From: Candidatus Omnitrophota bacterium
GTDB taxonomy: Bacteria > Omnitrophota > Gorgyraeia > Gygaellales > Profunditerraquicolaceae
Assembly: GCA_025453395.1 (NCBI GenBank)
Contig: JALOQK010000007.1
Span: 6,524-70,523 of the forward strand
Length of the DNA stretch: 64,000 nucleotides
Direction of reading: 5' to 3'
In this document: piece by piece, positions 30,001 through 45,000 of the stretch
Numbering within the stretch: the stretch's first letter is position 1
Layout: every line of letters starts with the position of its first letter
Notes under the pieces: generated by a model
Seen by the model: the letters and a program-made list of their open reading frames with translations, nothing else
Database searches by the model: none
What the model was told of the DNA's origin: nothing
Program-made: the position numbers and the translations under genes

Positions 30001-33000
30001 TTGCGCCTATATGCATCAACAATAGAAAATGCGGCTACGGCTTTAACTTTTATCTTTTCTATAAGCTGCTTTGTCTCTTCTTGGCTTAAGCCTAATTTCT
30101 GACAAACCTGCTCTATGGTCATAGCGTGGGCAGTCAAACTAATATTAACGACTTTACCTTCACTATCAACGCGTACGCCCATGCCGGTATAAACCGGATT
30201 ATTATTAGCATCACGAGATACAAATACTCTCAAATTCCAATCTTGAGGAATCCCGTTTTCTTCAAAGAGAGGTGGTACTATTCTCTCCTGCATAATAACG
30301 CTATGATCTCTTTTTAATAAATCTACTATGGCTTTTGCTATCTCTTCATCAGATGCGTTTGACTTAAATACCTTAACTCCAAATCCCGCCCACCCGTCAG
30401 ATGGCTTAACTACGACTTCTTGCCCATGCGCTAACCTGAATTTACGGACTAAACTAATAACATCTTGAACATTACCTTCCCCTCTTATTACTGATGGTGC
30501 TAACTTTATGTTTCCTTCATTGTCAATATCAACAAAAAGTAATTCGTCGCTGTGTGATTTATTTACTGCCTCCGATAAACCCACCCTATCTCTCTCGGGG
30601 GCGTTTGACAGCACAAACGACATAGACGACGGAGCAGCTACGCCGTTCTCTTCCAATAAAGCATTAACCAAGGGCTTATTCCCAGCAGTATACTCAAAAC
30701 TATGCGATTCAGAAGTAGGAACCAGCAAAGGCTCTTCTGTATTGTTCTGCGCACTATTATTAGAAGTATGTGGATACTGCGCCCAAACATCGCCGTTTCT
30801 GTATAATAAGTAATGCGCCTCAACCGGCCTTGCGGAATCGGAGAAGTTCGCGAGAACAAATCTATACTGATGCCCTTTAGTTTTAATTAAAATTAATGCT
30901 CTCTTAATAAATACCCTTCCGTCCTTGAAAATTACCCATGAAGGATCCAAAACAAACAAAGCATTTGAATCTGGCTGAACTACCATATTACGAGCAAGCA
31001 CAGTAACTTCGTTATGCCCAATAATATTTACGCCTTTAGACGAACGGCCTTCCAAATGTATGATGTTGGGGGCGTTTTCCTTAATAAATTTATAGCCGTC
31101 ATCAGTTACTTCAATATCTAACACAACCCCGCCCTCTTTGATCTTACTGCCGACTCTTAATAACTCCAGAGCCCTTAAAGCTTCTTCTTTGTTTGGTGTA
31201 ACGATAGCATTAGATGACGATGCATTAGTTACGGGCTCGTCAGAAGTACGGATTAAATTTTCCGCGGCATCTACATTAGTAAATGTGGTTTCTTGATTAA
31301 CACTAACTGACTTAGATTCTTTTGTTTCATGATCTAGTTGATAAGCATAGTAATCATTTCTACCTACTGGCTTGATAATCACATGGCCCTGTTTATCCAT
31401 AGAAACATCAAAATCACCCAATTTTGTATAAATACGCCTGGGAGCTAATAAAGCGTCTAATTCAAATTCAACAGAAATAAATTCTTGGGGATTGGTTTTG
31501 CTACGGATATCAATCTTGACAATCGCGGGCTCTTCTGCTTTATTAGAAGATACTTTCTGTACAATAATATTTACTTCTTGTGCTAGTTCATAGGCGGGGG
31601 CTTCCCTAGAAGCTGAAGGAGTAGAAACTCCTTCGGAATTAAACTTAACTTCCGATTCTTCTTGTTTAACCTCGGCGGCATCCGGCGGGGCGTTTTCCTG
31701 CTTGGGGTCTGATTTCTTGCCCTTATAATCATACGCAGTAATGCTAATCTGGAATTTCTTGCTGAACAAACCCTTACCTTTAATATCAATATCATAGCCG
31801 CGGCCAATACCTGTTGCTTTATCAAAATTAAGCTGGTCAATAAACTGGCCGTTTTGAAGTTTATCTTTGGAAATTACCACTTCTTCATTTTTATCTCCCA
31901 CCTTAACATCAAAGACTAACACATTGAAGTTTCCTTTAGTTAAACGGAACTTGCTTACTGCGGTTTTTAATATCTTATCTATAAATCTTCTTGCCGGAGC
32001 CTGCACATCCGCGTAAAAATCAAATTTATTCGCTGGTACTAACTGGCCGTTGCGGTCAACCCGCAAAACATTCTCTTGGTTTGCCTTTTTGTCTTGGTAT
32101 TGCCCTTTGACTGCCCCAAAGAAACCTTTGGATAATGTAATAGTCCCGGTGCCGATATCTACTGTAGAGCTTGCGTTCAAATCCACAATTTGGGTTTTCT
32201 TTACCCGAGGCGCATTTGCATCCGCTCCCGGAACATACCATTCCAAAAGCAAAGTTCCATCTGCCTGCTGGGTAATGGTAATTCCTCCAAGAACCCAGCG
32301 CCTTCTGCCATCTTTACTATTAACTTCTGTCTTATCATAAGCCTTAGTAACATCAATTTTGGCATTCTCGCGGGCAACAGGAGAATTATCCTGCGGCACG
32401 CCCCACCTTTGCGTTAAGAACATTGGAATACCATAATCATCGGCGTTAGTCAGTTCTACTCCTGCCTTCATCGCAGATAAATACGCCTTAATGTAATTTT
32501 CCCGGTCAAAGCCCTCATAATAATTCCAATCTGTGCGCCATCCCAGATTAGATGCCCTTAATAATGGATTCATGAATTGCGCCAAACCAAGCAACATCCT
32601 AGTTGTAAAATATGTCCCTCTTTTAGTATCATATTTCAGGATAAAATCCTGCGAGCCCGGACGGAATTCTACCCATTTATTCGCGCTTAAAACCTGATAA
32701 GGAGTAAAACTATACGGTGTTCTTAAACCGGGGTCTACCGGTGATATTTTTATCTTGCCATCGGCATCAAAATCTGCCACAAACCCGTCTTGATAATAAG
32801 GCGCTAATTTTTTAATGTCTTTCTTCTTTAAGTTTCTGCCATTTGAGGCATCCTTCTGGGCCCAGAAAGCGTATTTAAGGCTCTTATTGATCAGGCTCTT
32901 TTGGGCATCTACTATATTTCTTAAATTTAACCCTCCCAAATCGCCAAGAATATTGTATGAAATAATATTCCTAAATATATTAAGCCTAGCCGCATCTCTT

Positions 33001-36000
33001 ATGGCTTGGGTCTTTAATTTCTCTTCTGAAGCTACTACTGAATTTCTATAGACAAAGTTTTTTAAACTATTTATAAAATTTTGGACTGGATTCATAGCCT
33101 TTAAATCATCTTTGGCCTGCTGGGTTATACCATTTATATAATGAATGCTTCTGCCGGATAAAGAACGGGCTAACCCCTCCTGCACAAACTCAAGTTTAAG
33201 CTGAACATTGCCCGCTAAAATTGTTTTCCCGGACAACAAACTCACAATATCCGCGTCATTAAGCCTGTCTGCCAAAACCTGCTGCGCGGCAAAACGCACT
33301 TCTTCAGAGGCATCAAACTGCGCTAAATGCAGCAAATCAGTGTTGCTGCTGCTAGAAGATAAAGAAATTCTGTTGGCCATAATCTTTAATTCACGCACAT
33401 CCTGGCTGTTTAAATCAAGGGCTTCTTCGTCATGGAAAGTTATTTTTACGTCTCTTTGTTCTAACGCCAAAATATCCTGCACTGTCTTTTCCTTATCCTG
33501 ATCAGACAACGACCAGAAATTATTAATCCTATTTCTTAAATCATCTGCGTCGGGAGGATTCTTTAAATCTTTTCGGTTGTAATCTAATGCCTCTACTTCA
33601 GCGTCAAAAAGCCCTAAATGCGTGGAAGGAGCAGCTGGTGCGGCATTGTGGATTTCCTGGATTTTATTTATTACCTCTGGAGTAGCCTGATTTAAATAAT
33701 TAGCAGAATAATCAGAGAAGCTGATATTTAAGTTTTGCGCATTCTGCCTATGACCGTTTAATTCAGCTAAAGCATGCTCTACTGCCTGTTCTAATTCTGC
33801 CCCTTCCAAAGAAGCATCCACATAAATAACCCCTCTTCTTAATCCTACATGCTCTAACGCACCAGAGGCATCTTTTAATCCGCGTACTCTCTTAATCTGC
33901 GCCTGCTGAGGCATAAATTCTATCTTGTGCGAACCTGCCGGCAAACTGGACACCACCTGCTGGCCGTTAGCAGATATACTAACTACCGGAGCACTGGGAT
34001 TATAATTTTGTGTTGCATTAGCAGCAATAACCGCGCCTGATGAATTGCCTGACGCAATATTTAAATCATTCCCGTTTTGAGTAACTGTTACTGCCTGATC
34101 GCCATAATTGGTAATGGTTGTCTGGCCATTAGGACTAACCTCAATTACAATATTGGGCAGTGCCTGATTTTGCGGCAAGGTAACGCCGTTTAAAACACCG
34201 TTTACATTTACTCCGCCTAAGACCGTCGTGTCCACGCCAGGGACATTGATGTTGGTACCGCCGTTTTCCGCAGCAATAACCGCATCTACATGCCCGGCTG
34301 GAGTAACCCCGATTCCGGTATTGGAAACAGCCGGGTTAGAAGGGTTTGTCTGATTCTGAAAACGATTATTGGGAATATTAAAATTAAGGTGCGCAGAAAG
34401 AGTATTTGTGTTCGGATGCCGGTCATAGGCTTCCTGGAACCACTCCATCACCTGCTGATAGACTGCCTGTGCATAAGCATAATCTTCTGCTGAAGTATAA
34501 TCAATCCTTCTTGGAGCTGCGGCAATGCCGCCTGTTCTGTCAAATATCACCCTCATTACTGCGTTGGTAATTTGTTCTCTAAAAGCTTCTTCTCCGAAAA
34601 AGTCTATAAAACCTCCAACTCTATTCCGCAAAGCTTCATTCTTAATTGCTCCGGCCAATATTCTGCCATCGCCTAGAACGTCAGCGATAAATGTCTGTAT
34701 CTGTGACAATATAGGTATATTCATCAAGCCTTCATACAGAATTGGCCTGACAAAATGCATGGTCGGGCCAAAAGTAAAGGCAACCTTTACGCCTTCCCAC
34801 GAAGAAATGGACATCTGATTAGCCGCATATTTTAAAGAACCAAAAATAGATCCGTCTTTTAAGTCTTGGATCCGGTTTAAAATATTTTCTCTCTCTGCGC
34901 CATGGACAGTTCCAACACGCTGCTCTAATTCTGTTATCTCTACAGCCCTTTGCAGTTCCCAAAGGCTTTTACCGTGATTAGGATCAATGCCTAATTCTAA
35001 TGCCCTGCGGGCCATTCCCGGGCCGACAATCCCCTCTTCGTCCAGAATAGTAGCAGTAACCACTTCTCTTATCCGCATTGATTTATCTTTATCGCTATAG
35101 GAAGATTTTCTGATTAAGGCAATAAGGTTCTTGGCTTTCTCGGCTTTCTCGGGAGCGACATTTTTAGCAAGAAAATCTTCTGCGCTCTGGCGGTTTTCGT
35201 CATGCATCCAAGCTAAAATCTTATTCGCCGTATCAACACCAATCTGGTCAAGATTAAACATCTGACGCACCTGCTCTGCTACCCAGCTTTCCTTGCTAAA
35301 CTTACCATACAATAATAAATTCTCTACTATCGGAAAGGTCGGCATCATCAGGGCCAATTGCGGAACCATATGCCGCGCTTCTTGCGCCAGATTACCCACA
35401 ACCTGCCAAGGAGTAGCGGTTATACCCTTAAAAGTAAACCACTCTACATATAATTTATTCGGATTCAAAAGCCCGGGAGCTAATATTTTAGTGCCTAATA
35501 ACGCCCAGTTAACTGCTTCATAGATTTGTTCGTGCTTAGAAATAAAATCACTGTGAGGAGCTCCAAATATCCAGCCAACAGTTAAAGCCCATTCTGCCAG
35601 ATTCCCGCCTCTAAATATACCAAGTAACCCCTTAGAATCATTGCCCCACAACCTGCCCTTAACTTCTTCTCGCCACCACTTAAGAGAATTTTCTTTAAAA
35701 TTAAGCTTTTCATTACTGCCACCTTCGGCTCCTAGGCGCCGCGCCAAAGAAACCATAAGCCATGTATTATTAAAATTACGTATAGTATCTGCAAAAACCG
35801 GGCCAATCACCCCGCCATTTTTAAACTCTTTGCCAAAAATCTTTCCCTGTTGTAATACATCTGTGCCAATATCCACCACTGCCCAGACATAAAGAGAAGG
35901 GGATTTCACAAAACCCAATAGGTTCTTTTCGATTAAAGTGCTGCGCGCATCAAACTCAATCTTATCGAAATCAAGATTGCCCTTTTTGGTTATTAACTCT

Positions 36001-39000
36001 CTATTCCATTTGAGGAAGCCATAGAAAATAGAGCCTGCGGCATAACCAGCAATAAAATCCTGAACCGGAGTTGCCCATCTGTAGTTTTCTTTACTCTTGT
36101 TGCCGCCAGAGACAAACGGATAAAGAAAATGATTTGCCAAGCCTGATCCGGATACAGCTACAGCGCTACTTGTAGCAAAGGAATAGGGGTTGACCACATC
36201 TTTTGCTCTTGCCGCAGGCATAATCTTCATTCCGGCAAGCATTAATAACGCGCCAGTTACGGTTTGGAATAAAAACTCGCCCTTATTCTCGCCAAAAGGA
36301 GTAGACCCGCGGATAATCGCCCTTGAGCCGCCTAAAACCGCTCCAGTAACAAGCGCGCTTGTTGTAGGATATTGGCTAAAAACTTTATACAAAGGCACCC
36401 ATCCGAATAGAGGAGATAAGGCTTCCGCGCCTAATGCCCATAAGGCTGCGGTTCTGCCCTGCTGGGTATAGATTCTGGTGGCGACAAGTGGATCTAGGAA
36501 CTCACCATTAACAACTAAACTCTTGCCTTCATTATATAAAGTAAAACCGCCTCCTATGACGTTGTACCAAAATAAAGCTTGCTTGCCAGCTTTTATGGCT
36601 TTAGCTGCCATAGTAGCTTTTCTGGATAATTCATAAAAACCGAATATGCTCCTAAAGGTACTGACTGTTTTTACAGTTGCGGCGCCTGTGGCCGATACTC
36701 CTTCTACTTTTGTTGGAGACAATATTGACCATATAACTGCACCTACCAGTAAAGCCGCATCCGCGCCTAATTCTATGGAATTCTGGGTCAATTCACGTAT
36801 ATAATCATTGGCCGCCATTGCCGGAGAAAGAACGCCCAATATATTCTTCAAGTTATCTTTGTTTGCCGGAACGGATAAATCGTTCTTTAGGGCCAGCTTC
36901 CAGACCTGCATCAAATACGGCTCGAGATTATTTATATAATAGGATTTACCATTGCTTAATATGGCAAAGTTGTTCTCGTTTTTCCCGCTGTCTATACTAT
37001 TGATGAACTCTAATTTCTCAACCCCTTTACCCAGATGTTCAATAGCCCACTCCAGATTGGAATTAAACCTCCCGCTATCTATATAATAAGATTTACCCGT
37101 TGCTTTGCCATCTGCACCAAGCTGAAATATTTCCACATCATCAGAACCCCACCACCACCACGCCTTACTTTCCTTTTTATGCTCTATGTTAACTAAAACC
37201 CTGACAACTGTTGCTTTTGTGCCATCAGTTTTATCTATTTCTTTAACGTTATTAGGATTAGAAAGATAATCTTTTATAAGCGCCTTATCCACATCACTGT
37301 GTTTGGCCTGTTGCTCAAAATTCTCTTTTTGAATCCAGGCCTCCATATATCGATCTGTTCCGCCAACCACGCCTTCATTGAGTTCTTTTGCGCTTTCTGC
37401 TAATTTAACAGGATCCTTGCCCCAATCCGCAGGCAAAGCTTCACTTGAAATAGTAACGGTTTCTCCGGCAGCATTCTTGGCATATTTAGACCACCACCAT
37501 CCGCGCTTTTCTGTGCTGTTAACAATAGCACTCCTGCCGTATCCATCTGTAACTACTTCCCAGGAAACTTTTTTGCCTGGGCGCTTCTTGTCCCATTCAC
37601 TTGCCGGGATCCAATTGATTTTTTCTTTTCCTCCTAAAATAGTATCTACTGTCATCCCCTCATCATCCGGAAGAAGCGCGATATATTTAGATTTGCCATC
37701 TTTGTCTATTTCTTCCTGAAATACCGAGAAAAACGTGTTTCTGTTCTGCCGCAGGCCCCGGAAGCTCGACTCAATAAAATTCTTAAAGCTTGCCGAATCC
37801 CATAATAATATATTGCCTTTTATTCCTAATCCGGATGAAAGGGAAAAACCATCAACCCCGATCCCGTTTAGCGCAAAAAACTGCTTTCCGCTTGCAGTCA
37901 AATCAATCAATCCTTTTTCTGCATCAATATTATATTTTGTTATCTGGGAACTAGCGGTAATCCCTAACTGACCGTCCCCGATATTATCTCTTGCGGCATT
38001 CTCCTTTTTAGAACTATCTTCCCTGCCGGTTTTAATCAATATAGAATTAATACCTACTGAACTATCTTCAACAACCATATTTCTAAAGAAGGACGGCAAT
38101 GGAACGCCTTTATAGGTAAAAATTCCGTCTGCGACAAAGCCTTCCCTGACTGGGCCTTTGGCGCCATAAACAGCATCCCAGGCAATTATTTTCTGCATAG
38201 CGCCCAGATCATCAAAAAGCGATCCGGAAACTCCATAAATAGTAGCTCCCGTGCCTAAGAACTTCCCAAATTCATTAGTAAATTTATGGCCGCGATAAAC
38301 AAGCGGATCTTGAATTGTAGCGGGGTCAATTCTTTGCACTTTATTGTCCTGGATATCGGTATAATCTTTTAGCTTGTAGCTGCCTATGCGGCTTTGAGTA
38401 AGAGACTGGTCTGAACCTTCGCCTCTTTCTATTTCACCCGCGCCGCTAAAGCTTATATTCTTTCCTGTATCAAAATAACGCGCGATGGCTCTTTCTTTCC
38501 CTTTTTCGCCTTCTTTGGTAAATTCAATGCGCGGATTAGCGCCATTTTTAAATACAAGCCCTGATTCATTGGCTAAAATTTTATTCGTATGTATGTAGTT
38601 ATTGGCAATGAATAGCTCATCCGGGCGCGCCCAGGTTATTTTTGAGCCATCTCCTGTATAATGAAGCGTAGGCATTAATAGCTCATTATTCAAAGCAAAG
38701 ACTAACCTGCCGGTTTTGCCGCTGTCAAAAACAACTCCGCCAAAGAAATCATCTGTCTTAAAGATGCCGCGCGAAGTAATGGTTGCAATAGTCGCCACGT
38801 CTTGGGCTTTCGTAGCTTTTGGCTCTTGAGGATTAGCCAAGGATTCATATTTGGAACTATACGGGGAGCTAACTGACCAGTAATTCCCAGCGCCTGTTAA
38901 TGCCGCGCCAGAAAACGCCTTATTCTCCGGCAATACCAAATTCCCTATTAAAGTAGAAAATTCTTTTGCCCCTGAAGCAAAAGACGCGGTTACCTGCTGG

Positions 39001-42000
39001 TCAATCTGGCCTAACGCAGAAGGGCTGGTGCCTGCTGGACCGCTATAGACCCAATCATTGCCATCGCGCTTAAACCATCCTGCTCCTGAAGTCACCGTAT
39101 AATCTATATTCCCTATCTGCTTAAAAGATACTCCATCTTTAGAAGGATTGGCCTTTAAAAAATTCTCCGCCTCATCAAGCAACTTGCCATACAATTCTAA
39201 ATCTGATAAAGAAACATCTTGATCATTATTCAAAGACGCCAAAGCATGAGCCTTATTAAAAAGCTCCTGCCCCTGAGAATCAGCAAAATATCCCTCTGCC
39301 ATATCTTTCTGATCTTGAAGGTTTTTCAGCCTAAACTTAGATAACTCTAACTTCGCTATATTATTGCTCTTATCAACCCTCAATGATTTCAGAAAACCCG
39401 CATAAGGCAAAGCTTCTTTTTCTTTAGCTAGAGATTCTATTTCTCCTTCGACTTGCCTTATAAGTTTATTCAATCTATCGGAGTAAGATTTTCTAAAAGA
39501 TTCTTTATCTTTTACATCAACCGATTTATCTTCTAATACGGCTTTTACTATATAGACTAAATCCGTGTTCTCTCTTCCTTTCGCTAGCAAAGCTTTCATC
39601 CTATCGTTATCTTCTTTTAATTTGGCAATTTCAGGTAGATTCACTGTATGATTTTCATCAATGCCGAATTTCCTGTGAATCAACTGCGGAGAAAAATTAT
39701 CTGCGGGGACAAAATTCCCATCTTTGCTATAGCTTACAAATCTACCTAATAAATCCTGCTCCATGGACTTGGGAGAATTAGGCTTATCGGGAAGCTGTAA
39801 AACCATATGCTCTAAATTACCGGTCCCGGCGTCAAACAACAGGCCCTTTTCAAAATCAAAATTTAACGCCCCCTCAAATAATGTTTGGGTTGTATTTTTA
39901 TCATCCCTGAAAGTTAGCCCCTTGCTTCGAATATCAGCAAAAACCCCGGACTGCTCTAATAGATACTTTTTATAAACTTCCGGATTAGTTTCTTTTAAAA
40001 TAGCTAAATCTTTCTCACCTTTAGTAAAATTCTCTACGTTTAATCTTACCGCCGGATCATAGACTAATTTCTTAGAAGCAGAGATGCGCGTTCCGGCAAG
40101 CCCAAAAGTCGGCTGCATCAAAGGATTATCTACCTGAAGAACATAAGTTAGCCTTCTTGCCTGTCCGGTCTTCTCATCTATCCCGGCAGCATTCACGTCT
40201 ATAAATTTACCCTTACCGGAAATTTCTTGGCCGGGCTTTGCTTCTACTATATTAAGGTAAGCATCAAAGACAATTTTGCTTACTTCGCTTTCAGCTTTTT
40301 CATCGGGGACCTTGCCATTAAGCCAATCATTGATCTGGACTGAATTAATCTTCAGCTGATTCAATATCTTTTGAGCGTCTTCTTTGGTCAAGCCTAATTT
40401 TCCCAGATCAATCCCTGAATCGCTAAGGTTATCCACAGTTACTGATTTTATGTCTGTTTTCTTGCTGCCACGCAATGCCAAAAGAATATCCTGGCCGGGG
40501 TTATACCTTATATTAGGCATATATACTGGCACATAATAATCGCCACCGGTTTTTGTCGCCCCACCCCATGATAATAAAAGCCCATATTTAGGATCTGAAT
40601 GCGCGCCCCGATAGGCCAACGGCTCACCTCTATAAACCAGTGGGCCAGCAGAAATCTGGTTATTGTCAATTGAACTTTGTGTGGCCTGCCAACTGCCAAA
40701 ATTTTCCAATAAGATATCTTCATTATTTATATCTTTCAAAACACTATCCAGGATAACTTCGGCGGCCTTGCCTTTTCCCTCTAAATCTGCTGCCATCGCG
40801 TCCTTTAAAGTCTGGCCTTCCTGCACTTCTACAGTCTTATACTCGCCATTTACCCTTACCCAGAGAGCCGTTTTCTTGTTAAAGATGGTTTCCGCGCTAA
40901 CATTAACCCCGCGTGTAAACCAGGCATCCTGCCCATAAACCACCACCGCGCTTTTTTCTAATAACTCCAGATTATTAACAATTAAATCCGCTTCTTTCAC
41001 CCCGTTTTCTTGAGCTATCTGGCTTAAAGTCTTAGAGCCATCTATTGTTTTCTTTTCTTTGTTTATAACAAGTTCGGTTATTCCAATGGCTGATAGCTGG
41101 ATATCTGGATTAATTTCAAAAGGCCGCACCTTGCTCATCTCGGCAAACACCGGGCTCCAGGAAGCATCCTTGTTAAAATCTACAACACGAGAAACTTGGC
41201 CGTCTTTGCCTTCTTTATCAGAGAAGGAAATTAATGATCCTGTTTTCCATTCGCGCAAACCTATACCCCAGCTAAATGGAACCGCTGTGCCAGATTTTCC
41301 AGCTACACCATCTATTACTCCATAACGGGAATAGTTAAACAGATTTACACTCTGCAAAGAGCCCCCGGTTAAAGCAAACCCGGATTTATCCTGGGTAAAA
41401 TCAAGTATCTTCTGTTTGTCTTCGGATAATTTAAACTGGCCTAAAGTAAAACGGCTGAAGACATCAAATCTTTTATCTCCGGCAAAAATTGCGCTCACCG
41501 CCACATCACCATCAATAAGCTCCGACTGGCCCTTGCCACCACCCACAGGAAAAGCAAAAGAAGGAATATTCTGGGCATAAAAATTATAGTGATTATCAAT
41601 ATTTAGGGCAAACTCTCCGGGCGAAGATATAGAGACAGGGTTGCCATTAACATCAACAGTAATTATCGCAGTTTCAGTCTTGGATAAATTCGGACTTTTC
41701 TGCCAACTGCTATAATTCTGCTCTACTGTAACCTGCTTGATCGCCTCAAGATGCGCCTTAGTCCCGTCCTGGGTAGTTGCCTCCAATGCCACAGGAGGCA
41801 TACTGGCAAGAACATCTGACACATCATCCTTAAGTGCTTCCTGTGCTGCTGTAGCAGGCGGCCTTAGGGATAAAGAAGGATCGGCCTCAAAAACCATATA
41901 AGCCCGCAGGTTCAGGGATTCAGCTCCCCGCATGCTCCATTCATAATTTTCTTCAACTCCGCGCAGGTCCCATTCATTATAATAATGGTAAGGATCGATT

Positions 42001-45000
42001 TCTACTATCCGATCTCCACCCGCGTTTCCTTTGATAAGTTTATCAAGCAGCGATGTTTCGGGATCCAAGTTTAAAGCCGAGTCTTTTGTACCAGCACTTA
42101 AGAAACCTATATCCTGCGGAATAATCCTATACAGCCCTGTGAAAAGGGCGCAACCATCGCTTTTAATAGTGGCGGTTTCCGGGATCTTACGCATGGCATC
42201 CAGAAGAAGCCCGACTGCCTGGTCATGAGAAACCGCTGAAGGCACCTTGACATCCTGCGGGTTATCTACGTTAATATTGTAGCGGCCCAGGAACGCAGAA
42301 AGTCCGTCCTTATCATTATTTTTCAGAATGTTTTCCAGCTCAAGCGCGGCATTTTTGTCTTTTATGGTAAGGCCTAATTTTGCGGCCTCTTCCGGCTTAA
42401 GCGAAGCCTTAAGCATTTCACCAAACTCTTTATCAAGGCCTACACCTTTTAAAAAGCTCGAGATAATGTCCATACGACTAACGGTCCTGTCCGGCTCAGC
42501 AAAGCTCATAGACCTGTTCACGATATACGCGGCAACAAAACCCTTATCAGCTATACCCTCTCTTGCCCCTGTAAGATAAAGAATGCCTGTTTTTGGGGCA
42601 TAATCAAAAAGCACGCTTGTCTTAGCTTCAGAATTAAAGATATCTCCTCTTGCGTCATCGGTCTTGCCGCCGATAAAGATCTCTCCATTGATATTGGCGT
42701 AGAGATTGGGCTTACCTGCCTCGATCTTAGCCATGCCTTTTAATGCGCCATCCTGGATTGTCTTAATATATCCTTCGGGCGCGGCAGGCATCTGCGCTTC
42801 AAGGCTGTGGCCATTTATTAAGCCGGTAGTGTATTGAAGATGGGCGCGCCCGTTATTATCCAGATAATATGCCCCTTCGTTACCGAAGCGGGCGATCACA
42901 TCAACCGCATAATCATCAGACAAAGTAAAATTGTATTCTGCGGTCCCGGATAACTGGGCTCTGTATCCCTGCTTATTTACATTATAATAAATACCTTTAC
43001 CTAAATCAGTTTCTCCGGTTAGGGGATCCCAATGCACAAGCGCTGAGTTAGCAAGCTGCGCAGCATAGGCTCTACCGGCGAAATCAATCTTTGCTACCAC
43101 CTGTCCATTATCCTTTATGCCTGAACCTGCGTTCTCTTGCTGTGGAAGAAGCGCCTGCCCAACCGGGACGGTGGCAACCTTATCTAAACCTTCTACAAGC
43201 GCCCTGTCTTGAGGATTCTGAGAATGTAATACAGAATAGCTACCGGCATCTTTCTTTAAATCCTCCCACAACTGACTTGCCTTCTGCATGGCTTTTTGCT
43301 TATCTATAAGGCTTCTGGTATCTGGACTGGAATCAATATCTTTAATCACGCCTGCTAATTCTTTACCCTTATCCCCCATCTTCTCTAATTCCGGGATGGC
43401 TTCCGGAGCAGGGATTTGTGCGGACTGAGAAACCGGGCCAATGCCATTTGCCATTACCTCGCCAGTGGCTCCGACGCGATTTCCAGTGGAATTAAAATAA
43501 AGTTGGCCATCATGCGCCTCTAATAATCCAGTAGCTATGCCCTCAAATTCTTTGCCGTTGCTTTTTACCGAGGTTAACGCCTCAACTGTCATTTCTTTTG
43601 GCGAACGCTTAATGTCCCATTTGGCATTACTATCACCGTCAAAATCCGCCTGAATATCTAAATTCTTAATCGTGTAAGATTGCGCGTTCTCTAATCCCTG
43701 GATCAAAGAATTCCCGGAATAAGAAAATTCTTTTCCCGGTTCATAAGTAAAACGGCTGGACATGTTCGCCCAGCTTAACTGTTTATTGGCGTTTGCCCCG
43801 AACATGGCATCTTTACCGTCTTTGCCAAAAAGATGCGTATAGGTGGAAATTTTCTCTTCGCCTTCTTTATTGATCATCTTTAACGATGTCCCGGCCTTAA
43901 AATCCACATGATGCCCTAAATTAGCCACATCATAATGCAAGCCCTCACCAATATTCATCCTACCGTCTAAGGTTGAGAAAGCGATATGCATACCCTCTTT
44001 GCCGGCAACGGCAGTTCCGGTTTCGCCTTTACCTATAATTAATGCCGCGGAAATTCCGCTTGGGTTGGCAGGCTTCTCGCCTTTTCCGCCGCTTGTTTTT
44101 GCAAGATCCGGCAGGATCGGCTGGGCCTCTTGGGCCTCAAAATTATATTCCGCTTTGGCAAGGGTTCTTAAGAAAGGAGTGGAAAATACCGTGCCGTTTT
44201 TACTAACGCTTGCAAAATCTATTGTGGAAGCCAAGCGCACAGGATCATCTATTTCTTGGCCAAAAGTTGCATAGGTGCTTCCAGCGGCAAGGCTGCCTTT
44301 CGCGCCTTCGGAAGTATATTCTAAAGAAGAACCTTTCTTTAATAAAAGCCCGTTCTCCTGACTGTCTTGAGTGACTATTCCCTTGACCCATCCTGAATCA
44401 ACTCCTGTCCCTGCGCCGGGCGAAAGGACTAATTCTGTGCTATTCTTATCCGCGTAATAATTAAACAAACCTAATTTCGCGGAATCAGGAATATCATTGC
44501 CAAAACCGGAAATTCTCCCCTGATGCCCTAATTTGGGATCACCAAAAAGATTACCGTCGCTTGCTACTACAAATCTACCGATAACGTCCTCGGGAGCGTA
44601 TTTAAGTTTACGCGTTGCCCCGCTTTGGCCAAAACCAGTGATATACTGTTTGCCGGCAAAAAATAAAGTATCTCCGACCCTGACATCTGCTCCGGTAGCA
44701 TAACTAATATGCGCGAAAGGCCTATCCGGAGTAACAAATATCACCGCAACATCAGAATTCGGAATATTGGTATATCCATATTCAAACGGCCGCATTGCCT
44801 CTGCTCTATTGAGCGCTAAATCAGGCGTGCTTTTTGTCTCGGGTTTACCATCAATCATATTACCGATATTCTCATTGATAAAAGCGATGTTCTGATAAGT
44901 CATGTTATTGATGTGCCCGCTAAAGCCTTCAGGGGTGATCTGAAAATTATCGCCTTTTACTGTAGAAACCTGCGCTGGATTTGTGCCAGAGCCAATCTTA